Shown in pieces: positions 23,501 to 36,480 of a DNA stretch of 64,000 nt. This stretch comes from Hypanus sabinus. Taxonomy: Eukaryota. Every line of letters starts with the position of its first letter. Position 1 is the first letter of the stretch. The DNA lies in contig NC_082709.1 in the NCBI RefSeq assembly GCF_030144855.1, forward strand, positions 152,768,001 to 152,832,000, given 5' to 3'. Position numbers and translations under genes: made by a program. The notes under the pieces were generated by a model. The model was not told where the DNA came from. It was given only the letters and a program-made list of their open reading frames with translations, and did not search any database.

Positions 23501-26500
23501 AGCAGACTCGATGTGCCAAATGGCATAATTCTGCTCCTATGCCTTATGGTCTTATTCTTATTTCAGGTGTGCTGAAAGGCCCTGTGTTATGTAAGAACAA
23601 AGGGTACTGGTATTTTCTTTCTGCGTGGACAGGACACTGGATCTAAAAAACAATAACTTAAATGTTTAAAGTCTTTAAAAATGTAGAAGTGTTTAAAAGT
23701 ATTCAGAAATTTCATAAGTGTTTTAATATTTTCAACTTTTTGACTTTCAGCATTGTTCTTTCTCTTATTCTCCAGGTTTTTGTTTTAGAGATTGTTGTAA
23801 GGATTTCAATATTTCTCAATGGCCCAGAAATACTCTGTAGTTCTTTTAAGTGTTTAACAATCTTGACAATTCCAGTTAAGTTGGAAGCCTGACTTAGTCA
23901 GTTGCCAAAATCTTACATTTCTCTACTGTGGGCAGGGGGAGGGCTTGACTGGCTCCCACACTTCAGTCATATTGTTATTGAAGTATAAAAGGCTCTCTCA
24001 CTCCACAAGGAGTTTTCCTAGGAACTTCCAGTGTTTATACAGGGAAGATTGTTTGAGATAAACACAAGCCTGGGCATGAAGTATCCAGACATTGACCATA
24101 AGTTCTTTCCCCATAGAATGGAGGACCAAAAGTTTGCTCAAAGATGTAGATTTTAACAAAGGAAAAGAGGGTTCAGGAAAATAATAGATAAGACAATTAA
24201 AGAAGATGGTGGAGAAAACCATTCAGGATCTCTAAAATGTTTCTTCAACATTTGAAAAGGATATAATTTCTCTTCTTAATTAAAATTATCCAGTAGAGCA
24301 TAGGTAATTAATAAGTCAGTTCTAATACACATGCCTTTACTTTTGTTTATCTTGTCACTGCCTTTAGCAAAAGTGCCATAACTTATTTTCCTAATTGCAA
24401 TATTGTTATTTGTCTGGAAGAGTAGAGTTTGACTGCCACTCAGATCTCACCCTTTACATTCATTTCATCCATTACCGTTGCACAATGGTCTACCACCTAT
24501 TAAGATCACTGTAGCAACTCAGCAAAGCTTCTCTGACAACCCTTTGAAACCCATTAGCTCTGGCACTCGGAAGGATGAGAATTGCAGGTGCATGGAATGC
24601 AACAAACACCTTTGCATTTAATCTTTGCAATCCCAACATACAGTAGACCACTGTTCACTACAAAGAGAACTGATGTGCAAGGAGTGACTCGTCGTGGATC
24701 TGAAGGATGACTAGTAGGTGGGAATTAAATGCTATCATTGCTAGTGATGTGCCTATCTTATAAGAGAGAAACTATATACTAAACCCAGTTGTGTAAAGTT
24801 TGTAGAAAAACAAACAGTATGCAGATACAAAGATTACATATGTATTAGATTCAATACTTCGCTTTTTTCCTGGGGAAAAACCTACTGTTTTTTATTTGAA
24901 TTTGATGAAGATTTGGCAAATAATTTTGGAATATCATGTAGAGATTTAAACCTTAAGATTTAAAGTTAAGATTGTTTGGTGTACTTAAGAAAATCATTGA
25001 ATTGTACAGAACAGGAATGGGTCCTTTTGGCTCACCTCATCCATGTCAACTGTGACGTTGATTTACAATAATCCCATTTGGCCTCATTAGGCCCATGATC
25101 CTCCAGGTCTTTCCTGTCTAAGTACCTGCCCAAATGCATATTATCCATTGTAGTTTTGTCTGCCCCTCCCAGGCCATCTTGGAGCTTGATCGAGGTAGCC
25201 ACCACCCTTGGTATGAAAAACTTATCTGATTTGCTTTAATTTTCTTATTTCTCACCTTGAACCTGGGGCCTCTAATTTCAGACTCCTACCCTGGGAGAAA
25301 GATTCTGATTATCTATCATATCTATGCACTTCAATGTTTCTAACATCCATTAGGTCACAGTTCAGCCTCCAACATTTCCGTAAGAAATAAATCAGATAAT
25401 CCAATCAATCAATCTCTCTCTCTCCCTCTCCCTCTCCCTCTCCCTCTCTCTCTCTCTCTCCCCACCCCCCCCACATCTTTCCTCTAGTGGGACAAACAGA
25501 ATTGTACAAGATACTCTTAAGTGTAGTCTAACTCATACAGGTCCAACATGATGTCCCACATGTTACATTCAATGAATAAAAGCACGTATACCAAATACAT
25601 TCCTCACTTCCTTATTCTAATGTATCTCCACTTTCAGCATTAAATAGACTTGCACCCTAAGTTCTCTTCAGACATTAATGCTCCTGAAGTCCCTGATATT
25701 TATTCTATATGTCAATTATAGAGACAAGAAGACAACCACTAAGGTTTTAATTGTTTTCTTTAAAAACTCCAATGAACATAATGAAATGTACTTGCCCTTT
25801 TACGTGCTCTCCAAGAAAAATTTCCATGTGAGTAGTTTTTCTTTTCCCAGACAAGATGGACCATGCCACGCTCTTGCAGTAATGTAGAGGAGATCTCATT
25901 CATCAATACAGACACTTGGGACAACTGTGTTAGGCTGTAGCTGTCCAATAAATTTGCAATGTGCCTCAGGATCTCAAATGGAAGACTGCTTAGACAAGGT
26001 AAATTCTTCCTGTTTTCCCATGCCTTTATGTCTCTATTGTGGTTCTGACACAAAACTGGAGCAATATCTGGTTTGACTGCAAATGCATTTTGCTGTTGAT
26101 TATAGATCATCGTTGCTTTCAGTGTGGAGGGACAGAATCTCTGTTGCATGTAGGAACAGCCAAGGTAAGCTAAAGGGCATTTCTGTACCATCCATCCATT
26201 CAGGGATGACTGAATATCAGAATGTACATTCTTAAAGTGTGATGCAAACTCATCTCGCCTGAAGAAATGGTGACACATAAATGTAAAGATAGAAATCGAC
26301 TTGCTGTATCTTTTTGTGATGCATTCTGTCTGAAGTTGTAAATATAGCTGGGAGGCTTTCTTTGCTGCTATATCAGCCAAAACCACATCACGGCCAAAAG
26401 GAGCAGAAGGAAAAGAGTAAGTCTGAGTCGCAATATCAGTTACTAGTCTATCAGTGACCTTTGTATCTGATATGGCATGGCCCTTCTGCATTTTCTCCAA

Positions 26501-29500
26501 ATAGCAAAGCAAGGAAATAGTTACTTCATCATATTGACGATTCACTGTGTCGAGGTCAGAAGTGTCCACAGATTTGGTTTCCATTTTTTTCCTGCGTGAC
26601 ATATGGTCTCTATAATGTTCACGGTTTATTCGGTAGCTGGTTGGAATCTTAAATGTATTGACAGTTATAACCTCCTGGGCCTCCAGATTTCCATAAACAA
26701 AGTCTTTTTCTCTGGGTGTACATGCTTTCATCTGACCAAATCGAATAAGCATGCTGCCATGATGCACCAAATACATATCGAAATGTTTCCTATCCATCTG
26801 AGATTGTAGTCTATCAAGAACTCCTTCTTGCCAAGGAGCTTCACCTGTCTTTTCTATTGCTGCCAACAAAGATGAGTCTGATGAATTGGATTCATTTACA
26901 GTCGTTTTCTTCTTATTATCAGCACTGTTTGCTTTCTCACTCTTTTGAGTATTTATAACTTCTGTAGTTGCATTTTCAGTCATACAGCCACCTTTATCCT
27001 TACTGAAGATACCCTCCCAAGAAGTGTACTTGGAAATATCTATTGCTTGCTCAGATCCTATTGTTTCTTCTTCTTGGGTTAGTTCAACCTTGTCTTTTAC
27101 ATCAGTACTGCTTTTGTCGATTCCATTTTGATGCACTTTTATTCCTGTTTCTGGACAACCACTATCCATACAAGCAGAGGCCATATGTGATCCTCCTACT
27201 GCCCCTATTTCTTTCAGATCCAAATCATTCTCATCAGCAATCTCTGCCAACTCTGGAAAAAGTTCTGCCATCTTCACTGAATTGAAACTTATTCTCTGAT
27301 CCCTCATTGCAGTGACCAACTCTAAATTCTCTGGATTCAGGGATTCTTTAACTACAGTATTCATTATTATATCTTCTTCATTGGCTGGCCAGCGATTCCA
27401 TTGCATTGAGCAGCACACAATGCTGGCAGGGCAGACACGAAGATGTTTGGAAAGTTTGTAGCGTGCCATAGAGAAGGGGCAGCCAAAGGCCGAATTTATG
27501 CAAGGAACTTGTTCCAGAGGACACAATAGAGTGTGTTCATTTTCCTTACACTGATGAAAAACTGCACCACATTTTGAAGGACAACTGATAACCACACAGG
27601 AAACAGAAGGTTCAAATGACTTTTTACAGTGACGACTGTAACATTTTTCACAATGCACGTGCAATCGAGGAGCTAAACTTCTATTTCTGATCTACAAAAG
27701 CAAAAGACATTTTATTAATTTAGTTGGTTTGCCTGATTTGATATACTTATGTAGTGGGTGTGAATATTTTTGTACATCTACAATGTTAGACTAAAATAAT
27801 CAAAATCTGAATGCAACTGAGTATCATGCATTAAAATATAAATCAAATATTTATAAGTCACTCCCTGAAAAATGTTACTTGCTTTCTGTGTGCAATATTC
27901 CTCCCATCAATGAAGGAGAATGTGATGAAACTCATCCCCTCTTCCACCGTACCAGTACAGTTTTAAACCTACTTCAAACAGCAAACAAAATGACCAAAAT
28001 CCCACTACCAACGTCGTGACCACCAAGCAGAAATTATTCCTACCCTCCTGAATGCTCTGGAGAGATGGGAAACCTGCAGAAGGCCCTACAAGGTACTACT
28101 TAAGTACCACCAATGCTGCATCTACAACATCCCCAGCACTGAAGTTGTAATTCTAGGTGAGCCACAATGTCTGTATGCTGGACAACAAGCCCACAAAACA
28201 AATATCTTGATTTCTAGTGAAACAAAAGGATTCCATGTAGACAGACAAAACACTTGAAAGGATATTCTCAAAGTCCTTGAGTAAAGCATGCCATACCCAC
28301 TAAGTTATGGGAATCCCTGACCATCTCCCAGATTAAAATGGTGAAAGAATGCCCAGGAAGGCACTGAGCACTTCAGGTTTTTACAAAGGAAACTCGAGGA
28401 TGCAGTAAGAACATGTGAAAATAATACTTAAAAAAATAAACACTACTAAGATCTTATGCAAACGCCTAGTTAGAAATCTGTGTATCCAACTTGTGAAAAA
28501 GAAATCTGTAGATCCCTCAAAAGGACTCATCAGTTATTTCAAAACTCAGCCCTGATTCTATGGAACACTCTTAAAAGACTAACTTTTTAGATTATAAGGA
28601 ACTTCAATTTTGCTTTAATCGGCAAGTGCAGCAACTTCAGACCATTATCACCACATTCATACTTTTTGTGACAGAAGTCTGGTTATATGCAGGCAAAGTT
28701 AGTAGAACTAGTGTCTCACAATTCCAATGATTTGGTACAATCCTGACCTCTGGTGCTGTCTACACAGGAGTTTGTGACCACATGGGTGTCCATCCACATC
28801 CCAAGAACATACAAGCAGGTTGGCTAATTGACCGCAATGAATTGCCCCTAATGTGTTTCTAAGTTATAGAAACTGGGAGAGTTGATGGGAATGAATGGAG
28901 AATAAAAATGGATCATGCAAAGGGCTGTTTGATGGTCATTGGAAAAAAGATGCTAAGTATTATCTCCTGTTGTTATATTCCTGTTTCCTGGAGCTATCAT
29001 GAATATCATGTCTATATATATCATACATGTCAAGCATATGGGTAGGATACATAGTAGGCCACTTGGCTTCTTGAGCCTGAAGCACATATAGAAAGATCAT
29101 GTTGATCTGATCTTCAGCCTTGTCCACTTCCCAGCCCTATTTCACTAAAGCAAAAAAATCTATCCCCCTTAATTTTAAATATACTTAATTATTTAGTATC
29201 CATAACTCCAAGATTTGCATTCCTCTGAGAGTAGACAATTATTTTCATCTCAAACTAGACAACATAATATCCTGAGGTTTTGTGCCCTTGTTGTAGACTT
29301 CCTCTTCCAGAAACGTCCTCTATCCTGTCAAGATCCCTCAGGACCTTATGTTACAAGGCGACCATCACTCATCCTTCTAAATTCCAAAAAGTACAGGCCC
29401 ATTCTGTTCAAGCTTTTCTCATCTGGTACATATAGTTTTACAAAATATTAGGTCACACCTGGAGTATTGTGTCAATACGAGGAAATCTGCAGATGCTGGA

Positions 29501-31260
29501 AATTCAAACAACACACACAAAATATTGGTAGGACACAGCAGGCTAGGTAGCATTTATAGGGAGAAGCGCTGTCGACATTTCGGGCCGAGACCCTTCGTCA
29601 GGACTAACCAAAAGGAAAGATAGTAAGAGATTTGAAAGTAGTGGGGGGAGGAGTAAATGCGAAATGATAGGAGTAGACCGGAGGGGGTGGGATGAAGCTA
29701 AGAGCTGGAAAGGTGATTGGCAAAAGTGATACAGAGCTGGAGAAGGGAAAGGATCATGGGACAGGAGGCCTCAGGAGAAAGAAAGGAGGGGGGGCAGCAC
29801 CAGAGGGAGATGGAGAACAGGCAAACAACTAAATATGTCAGGGATGAGGTAAGAAGGGGAGGAGGGGCATTAACGGAAGTTAGAGAAGTCAATGTTCATG
29901 CCATCAGGTTGGAGGCTACCCAGCCGGTATATTGGAGTATTGTGTGCAGTTCTGGTTGTCACACTACAAGATGTGATTGCTCTGGAGAGGAGGCAGAGGA
30001 GATTATCTAGGACCTCTGGATTGGAGAATTAAAGTTATAAAGAGAAACTAGACCAGCCGGGATTGTTTTCCTTGGAGCAGAGAATTGAGGCTGACCTGAT
30101 AGAGATGTATACAGTTATGTGAAGGATAGATGGAGTTGATGGTAAAAATGTTTTGATCATGGTGGTATAGTCGCAAGCAAGAGGAATAGATATAAACTGA
30201 GAGGTAGAATGAAAGGGAAGTTATTTCAAACAGAGAATAGCTGGAATCTGGAATGCACTGCCTGAAGTGAGAGAGGAGGTAAATACTTTCTCATAATTTA
30301 AGAAACATCTCGTAAAGTAAATAAATTGCTAAGGTATAGAAGACTATAGATAATGCAGGCAAATAAGATTAGTATAGATAAGTGGCATGGACATATTGGG
30401 TAAAAGAGCCTACTTCTGTGTTGTATGACTCTATAACCTAACCTGCTCTCTGTCACCAACTCCATCCCAACAATTAATATGGTGAACTTCTCTTCCTTAA
30501 ATTAACAGGCCATGCTTAAATAAATGCTAAAATGTTTTCCTTCAAGATGTAGCAAGATTTCTTTACTCATGTATTTCATCTTTCATGCATTAAAGGTCAA
30601 GGTTTCATTTTTCATCCTAATCATCTCTTACAAGACCACCCAGATCCCTCTGAGCTCCAAATATTTAATTCCATAACATCAATTAATTCGTATTCTGCTT
30701 ACCTATTTCTACAAATATCACATTTTCTCACATTGTATTATTTAATATTTTTCCCATTCACTTAAATCAATTTCTCCCTTGCTACCCTATTTTTTCTACC
30801 TTCTAAGAAAACCACTACCTGAATTAAAATAGTACTTTCATCCCCAAAACCCTTGGACAGGAACATAAATACAGTCTCCCTAGTTCTTCTTCTCTCCCAT
30901 TTCTCAGTTATTAAAAAATCTTATCCTGATATCAACATTTTATTTCAGTGAGAAGCTCTTTCTGGCAATAAGAAGTCAAGAACTTTAAAAGAAGAGTCAT
31001 AAAACATGATTCAAGCTGCAGTGCTCAAAGCAAACAAGTAGTGGAGGAGAGATCAAGGTGAACTCTGATAAGTGTCATCTGTGTAATCATCACATTGGGC
31101 AAGGAAGATGTTGAAAGATTCAAATGTTAATTGTCTAGGAAATTTAAAAATTACTTAAAATAACAGAGACAAAACTTTTAGAAATTGTATTCATTTATTT
31201 TTACACTAAGAATTTTTGATAAATCTTTAAAACATTAAAAAAATTGTAGTTTCTTACCAT
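17267..31260 (-). CDS. FBXO40: F-box only protein 40, complete CDS (31260-31258, 27691-25796, 17500-17267; 710 aa)
   Basis: N-terminal HCEKCYSRHC and CPLEQVPCINSAFGCPFSMARYKLSKHLRVCPAS zinc-finger region; F-box LSSLPFEILRHIANLLDSYSLTQLSQVS; last exon KWQYSSFFSTIEKWNFNDNPSMAEHLKTC matches the FBXO40 C-terminus. All junctions are phase 0. Confidence 0.93.
18246..18769 (-). mobile_element. Tc1-family non-autonomous element
   Basis: Right end TACCTAATAAAGTGGCCACTGAGTG|TA; minus strand gives a Tc1 N-terminal HTH-like segment GARQGGLTITETADLLGFSCTIVSRLFREW. Confidence 0.8.
19982..20060. mobile_element. 79-bp hAT (Charlie-like) MITE
   Basis: TIRs CAGGAGTTCCTAAC / GTTGGGAACCCCTG; left flank TTCTAGAC fits the NTCTAGAN target; right TSD not preserved. 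Confidence 0.65.
21720..23555 (+). mobile_element. CR1 LINE, internally deleted (endonuclease joined to RT C-terminus and 3' UTR)
   Basis: VAVTETWL, DFNIRVNW, EPTRGSAILDWVLCN; then RDLGVL, LYKALV, RRNFFSQWVVNLWN; ttatggtctt tail. Confidence 0.88.
25412..25460. repeat. (CT)n/(CCCTCT)n microsatellite inside a decayed minus-strand CR1 tail (~25000-25640)
   Basis: Direct reading. Confidence 0.85.
25796..27691 (-). CDS. FBXO40: FBXO40 large internal exon (1896 nt, 632 codons)
   Basis: Acceptor cttttgcttttgtag|ATC AGA; donor AAA AGG|gcaagt. Confidence 0.93.
27980..28560 (+). mobile_element. Highly decayed RTE-type LINE 3' fragment
   Basis: Only patchy nucleotide resemblance to the RTE ORF2 C-terminus; many frameshifts. 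Confidence 0.4.
28690..28940 (+). mobile_element. HE1/V-SINE-like SINE (related copies ~13870-14150 plus, ~54290-54510 minus)
   Basis: caatcctgacctctggtgctgtct...ccacatcccaaga...ctaattgacc...aattgcccctaatgtgt resembles the V-SINE central domain. Confidence 0.55.
29473..29932 (-). mobile_element. 5'-truncated Penelope-like element inserted in a CR1 fragment
   Basis: Perfect 13-bp TSD TGGAGTATTGTGT (29460-29472, 29933-29945); includes the ORF-end motif (SLQPDGMNIDF), purine-rich spacer and terminal repeat. Confidence 0.85.
29568..29608 (-). ncRNA. Minimal type-I hammerhead ribozyme motif, intact core
   Basis: GUUAGUC-CUGACGA-A-GGGUCUCGGCCC-GAAAU-GUC^GACAGC; predicted cleavage between 29574 and 29573. 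Confidence 0.7.
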
Positions 31261-31283
31261 TTTGATTAATCCTTTCTTCTGAT
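31258..31283 (-). CDS. FBXO40: FBXO40 26-nt exon carrying only the start ATG at its 3' end
   Basis: tttctgtactctttcag|atcagaagaaaggattaatcaaaATG|gtaaga; the large exon has no in-frame ATG before its conserved N-terminal Cys/His motif. Confidence 0.85.
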
Positions 31284-32079
31284 CTGAAAGAGTACAGAAA
31301 ACATTAAATATGATTCAACATACATATTTGAGGATAATATTTTACAAAAAAAATCTACAGCAAAAGTTTTCAATGTTTTTAAAGTTTAATTTTTAAAAGC
31401 AACTTCCATAGAATATGATTTATGTATGATAAGTGTAAAGTAGTGTGTGTTTTGTTATGGGAATGAGGAAGGTGTTCATTATTCTACCAGCAATACCAAT
31501 TCGCTGAAGTCAAAAATAAGTATAAGGTTCATTAAAGAGCTCCATAGTAACTTCTCAATATCATGATAAATCACCAACATCAAAATGACATGTTAATTTC
31601 TTACATTTTATTCTAAATCTCAATATATAATATAGCTAATTAGTGTTATCGACACAGCACATAATGAACGAATGAATTAGTGTTATGGTTGAGCATTTTT
31701 AGAAATAATCACTTGAGTTATTTTCAGTCCTTGGATTTCCAGAAGGTATTTTAAGACCTGTTGTAGAGGGAGAAACAGCATTTCAACTGACAGAATTAAC
31801 ATTCACTTGATAAATTTGAAACGAAGTTTAATGGTCAAAATAAAATTTGCCTTGAAAGGAATTTTTATAACATAATCAGAAGTGAGGAATAGCAGAAGCA
31901 TGTTTTTGTTTATTCTTTCAAAAAGATATTGGATTTCTGCTCTTTAATTCAAGCATTTTCATCTTTAACCTGCAATCTATTTCATGTGTGTAGCGTTATT
32001 TGTGTAGAAAGATATTTCTTGAATTACTACTCTTAAATTTTCCATTTTACAAAATATACATGAACCATTCTTCAAATTC

Positions 32080-34290
32080 AAAATTCAAAAGTTCGAAGTA
32101 AATTTAGTATCAAGTACATGTATGTCACCATACACAACCCAGAGATTTGTTTTCTTGCGAACATACTCTATAAATCCAAGAACCATAATAGAGAGGCTGC
32201 TCCCAACAGGGCAGACTAACAACCAATATGCAAAAGGAAACCGTAAATAAAAAAAAGAGATAGTTAGTTAGATAAATAAGTGAGCAGTAAGTATCTAGGG
32301 CATAAGATGAAGAGCCCTTGAAAGTGAGTCCATAGTTTGAAGTTGAGTGAAATTATCCCTACTAGTTCAAGAACCTGGTGGTTGAGGAGTAATAACTGTT
32401 CCTGAATTTGTAGTGTGAGTCCTGAGGCTCCTGTACTTTCTTCCTGATGGCAGCAGTGAGAAGGGAGCATACTGATGCACCATCAATAACTCACACTGAG
32501 ACGTAGGCGAGATATCGGCTTTTATTGACTGGAAGAAGGAACCAGGAGTGAGTGTCTATCATACAAGGTCTTGGAGACTGAGGCCGAGCTTCAGGCCGCA
32601 GGTCTCCTTTATACAGGGGCCTGTGGGAGGAGCCACAGGAGCAGTCAGCAGGGGCGTGTCCCGACAGGCACATAGTTCACCACACATACGCTGGGTGGTG
32701 GGGGTCCCTGATGATGGATGCTGCTTTCCTGCAATAGTGCTCTTTTGAGATGTGCTCACTGGCAGGGAGAGTTTGGGAATTGGCTGCATACATTACTTTT
32801 TGTAGGATTTTCCATTCAAGGGCATTTGTGTTTCCATACCAGGCTGTGATGCAACCAGTCAATATACTCTCCACCACACATCTACAAAAGTTTGACAAAG
32901 TATTAGACGTCATGCTGAATCTTAGCAAACTTTCTAAGTAAGTAAGGGTGCTGCCATACTTTCTTCATAATTGCACTTATGTGCTGGGCCCAGGACAGAT
33001 CCTCTGAAATGATAATTCTGAGGAATTTAATGTTGCTGATCCTTTCCGCCTCTGATCTTACAATGAGGACTGGCTTATGGACCCCTGGTTTCCTTCTCCT
33101 GAAGTTAATGAACATCTCCTTGGTCTTGCTGACATTGACTAAGAGGTTGTTGTTGGGGCACCACTCAGCCAGATTCTTCATCTCCCTCCTAAATGCCGAT
33201 TCATCATCACATTTGATTCAGCCAACAGCAGCAAATATAAAAATGGCATGGGAGCTGTCCTTAACCACACAGTCCAAAGTGTAAAGCAAGTAGAGTAGGG
33301 AGCTAAGCACACAGCCTTGTGGTGGCCCTGTGTTGACTGAGATTGTGGAGGAAATGGTATTGCCAATTTGAACTCACTGGGGTCTGCAAGTGGGGAAATT
33401 GAGGATCAATTATACAAGAAGGTATTCAGGCTAGGGTCTTAAAGTTTATTGATTAGATTGAGGGGATGATAGTAAGCTGTAATTGACAAAGAGCATCCTA
33501 ACAAATGCATCCAGATGTTGAATTAAGAACCAATGAAATGGCATCTACAGATGACCTATTGTGCTGGCAAACAAATTGGAGTGGTTCCAAGTCACTTCTC
33601 AGGCAGGATATGATGTGTTTCATCAACAACCTCTCAAAAAACTTCATCACAGTGGATGTAAGATGGTCATTGAGAAAGGTTGCCATGTTCTTCTTAGGCA
33701 CAAATCGAGGCCCACTTGAAGCAGGTGGGTACCTCAGATACCAAAGTGGATGTTAAAGATATTGGTGAACACTTCAGCCAGTTGATCAGCATAGGTCTTT
33801 AGTAATTGACCAGGCACCCCATCTGGGCTGGATGCTTTCTGTGAGTTCACTCTCCTGAAGGATGCTCGCACATCAACCTCAGAGACTGAAATCATGGGGT
33901 CATCAGAGGCTGTCAGAGGCTCCATGTTTTGATGATCAAAGCGAGCATAGAAGGCATTGAACTCACCTGGAAACGAAGCCTTGTTGTCACCTAAGTCACT
34001 TGATTTCACTTTGTAAGAGGTAATAGTATTCAAGCCCTGCCACAACAGTCGAGCATCCTTCATTGATTCAAGTTTAGTTTGGAGTTTCCACTTCACTCGT
34101 AAGATGGCTTTCCAGAGATCATACCTGGACCTCTTGTACTTTACTTGTTTGGCAGACCTGAATGCCTCTGATTTGGCCCTTAGGGCTTCTGGTCGGGGAA
34201 AACTCTGAATTATTTTGAGGGAACGCACTTGTCCACGACTATTTTTATGAAGTCCGTGACAACCATGGAAAAATTGCAATAATCCTACAA
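32080..34290 (-). mobile_element. Rex1/Babar LINE, ~2 kb, frameshifted
   Basis: KASSPDGVPGQLLKTYADQLAEVFTNIFN, LTSTVMKFFERL, EWCPNNNLLVNVSKTKE, ESILTGCITAWYGN; ttgaa tail. Confidence 0.88.
32473..32684 (-). mobile_element. Solo LTR (212 bp)
   Basis: TG...CA termini; perfect 5-bp TSD CATAC (32468-32472, 32685-32689); minus-strand TATAAA (32613-32608) then AATAAA (32526-32521). Confidence 0.85.
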
Positions 34291-36480
34291 TTTTGATTCC
34301 TTTCAATTACTTAACTCTTTTGAGAGCTACAACTGAATCACTTCCAATGCTCTCCTGTCAGTGAATTCCGGATTCTATGTAGTCACTGCCACTTTTGGTT
34401 CTTTATGCCAATTAGCTTTATTCTACGTCTTCTAGTTCTTGACAAAGGGCACAATTTCTATCTACCCTGACTGTCATTGATAATTTTATATATCTCTGTC
34501 ATATCCACTCTTATCCTCCTGTTTTCCAAGAAAGGCAATTGCAGTTTCGCCAGCCTTTCTCATCATCGGAACTATTACAGTATCCTTTCTTTCTGCAGCC
34601 TCTCAAACATCTTCACGTCTTTCGTAAATAGTAATGGCAATAACTGGGCATTAAACTCTAGTTGTGGTTGAACTAGTGTTTTATAAAAGTTCATTATGAG
34701 TTCTTTGCTCTTATGTACTAATGTCTTTACTTATAAAACCCAAAATCTTATTTTGCTTTCATGTCACATTCTCTGTCTGCCCTACCATTTTCAACAACTT
34801 ATGTTCATATACCCATGGATCACTCTGTTCCATATTTGTTTTAAGTGTGATTTCTAGTTCAAATTACTATTTTGATATTGAAAGCTAGAGAATAAAAATA
34901 GATGACAAGAAAGACATAACAATGAGCATTAAAAATTAGTGAGTTTATTTGTAAGAAAGAATAACAAATTACAGTGACAAGGCACTTGCAAGAGCCAAGC
35001 AAGAAAAAACAAAATGAGATTATAGGCCAAATTTTATTGGGTAAACATATCTTAATATTAGATATTTTCCTGAAAGTTAAGATTGTAAAAATTTGTTCTT
35101 CAACTGCTATTTGATAGTAATGAAGCAAGAATAACAAAACACCAAAGAATTTTGTAAATAAAAGGAGAAACAATGTACCTCAAATTGAGAAATAGAGGAA
35201 TGACTGTAGGCTAACTAAGATGAATTTAAACAAATTTGATACAAAAAGAGAGATAAAATGAAAAATAATTGTTTTATATGAGTTGCAATCCTATTCTATT
35301 TTAAAGGGATTCACAGAAATTGTATTACTTGGTCAATTTAGGTACTGTTTTAATTGATTTAGAAATTGCAAAAGGGTGTGCATTCAGTATCAGAATGGTA
35401 AGAAACAAAAAGGAACATCTTTTCAGTCACGAAGAGGAAGAGAGGGAAGTGGAAGGGTAGAATGGATGGTCTCAATTCTTGGGGCTAAAACAACTGAGCT
35501 CATCATACATTGCAGGATGTGAGAACAGAGGAGGTTCATTTAGAAGGCAAGTATAGACCTGATTACCAAACAGCTTTTGTGTGCTTTGTATTTTCATGAA
35601 TTCTATTTCTGTGATTACCATTCTACAAAAGCAGTTGTCCTAATGTGTTTCCTTTTTTTCCCTAAAAAAAACAAGTGAACAAACTGATCATGCAGCATAA
35701 AAGATACATTTCATTAAAACACCTGCTGGTGGACTTTAGCCCAAGAAAAGATTAATTGGGGAATTGCTATTTTCAACTAATTCATTCCTATTTTTTGTTG
35801 GCTAAATAATATTCCTACTGTATGACCGTTCTGCAGAAAAGTAAATTTAGTAGTCCAAGAGTAAAATCTGAGATGTGTTCGTATGTAACCAATTACTTGA
35901 CAGCTACAAGGCGACGTCATTTTTCTTTGGTACTTTAAATCTTAAGGCCCTTTATGTTGCTTGGCAATTTAAAATCCTGCAGCAGGAAACAATTTTCTAC
36001 AAAATGGCGAGCTTCCATATTAGAAACATATACTCACAATTTTCCCACATTATTTAAGGTATTTTTTTTCCAGGCTAACATAGGAGAACATAATGAAGTT
36101 ATTCCCTTCTACCACAGTACTAATAATTAGATTGTTGAGTTAAACAAGGGCTGGCATGACAAGACACAACTATAATCAGAACACCTTGCTTGTAATACTG
36201 GTAGTTAGTGAAGAACATAAATTAATCAAAATTGTCTTTATTATTCTTAATTTAAAATTTGTATCTCATTTGTCAGTGTGTTATCCATCTTCAGCTTTTC
36301 AAGTACAATTGCATTGAGTTTCGTTTAATTATTGAATATTATTCAAGATCACAAGATCCAATTGAAACAACACTATTCACAGGCCACAAAATACTTTTTG
36401 AAGAATCAACTTAATATGCAGCACATGTATTAACATTTAACCTTAACAAAAAAAAAACAAAATGAGCAATCCAAACCTAC

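Noticed and set aside
25760-25795. ORF-track C-terminus ASTFHYVHWSF for FBXO40
   Set aside because: Intron read-through; the conserved C-terminus is at 17500-17267.
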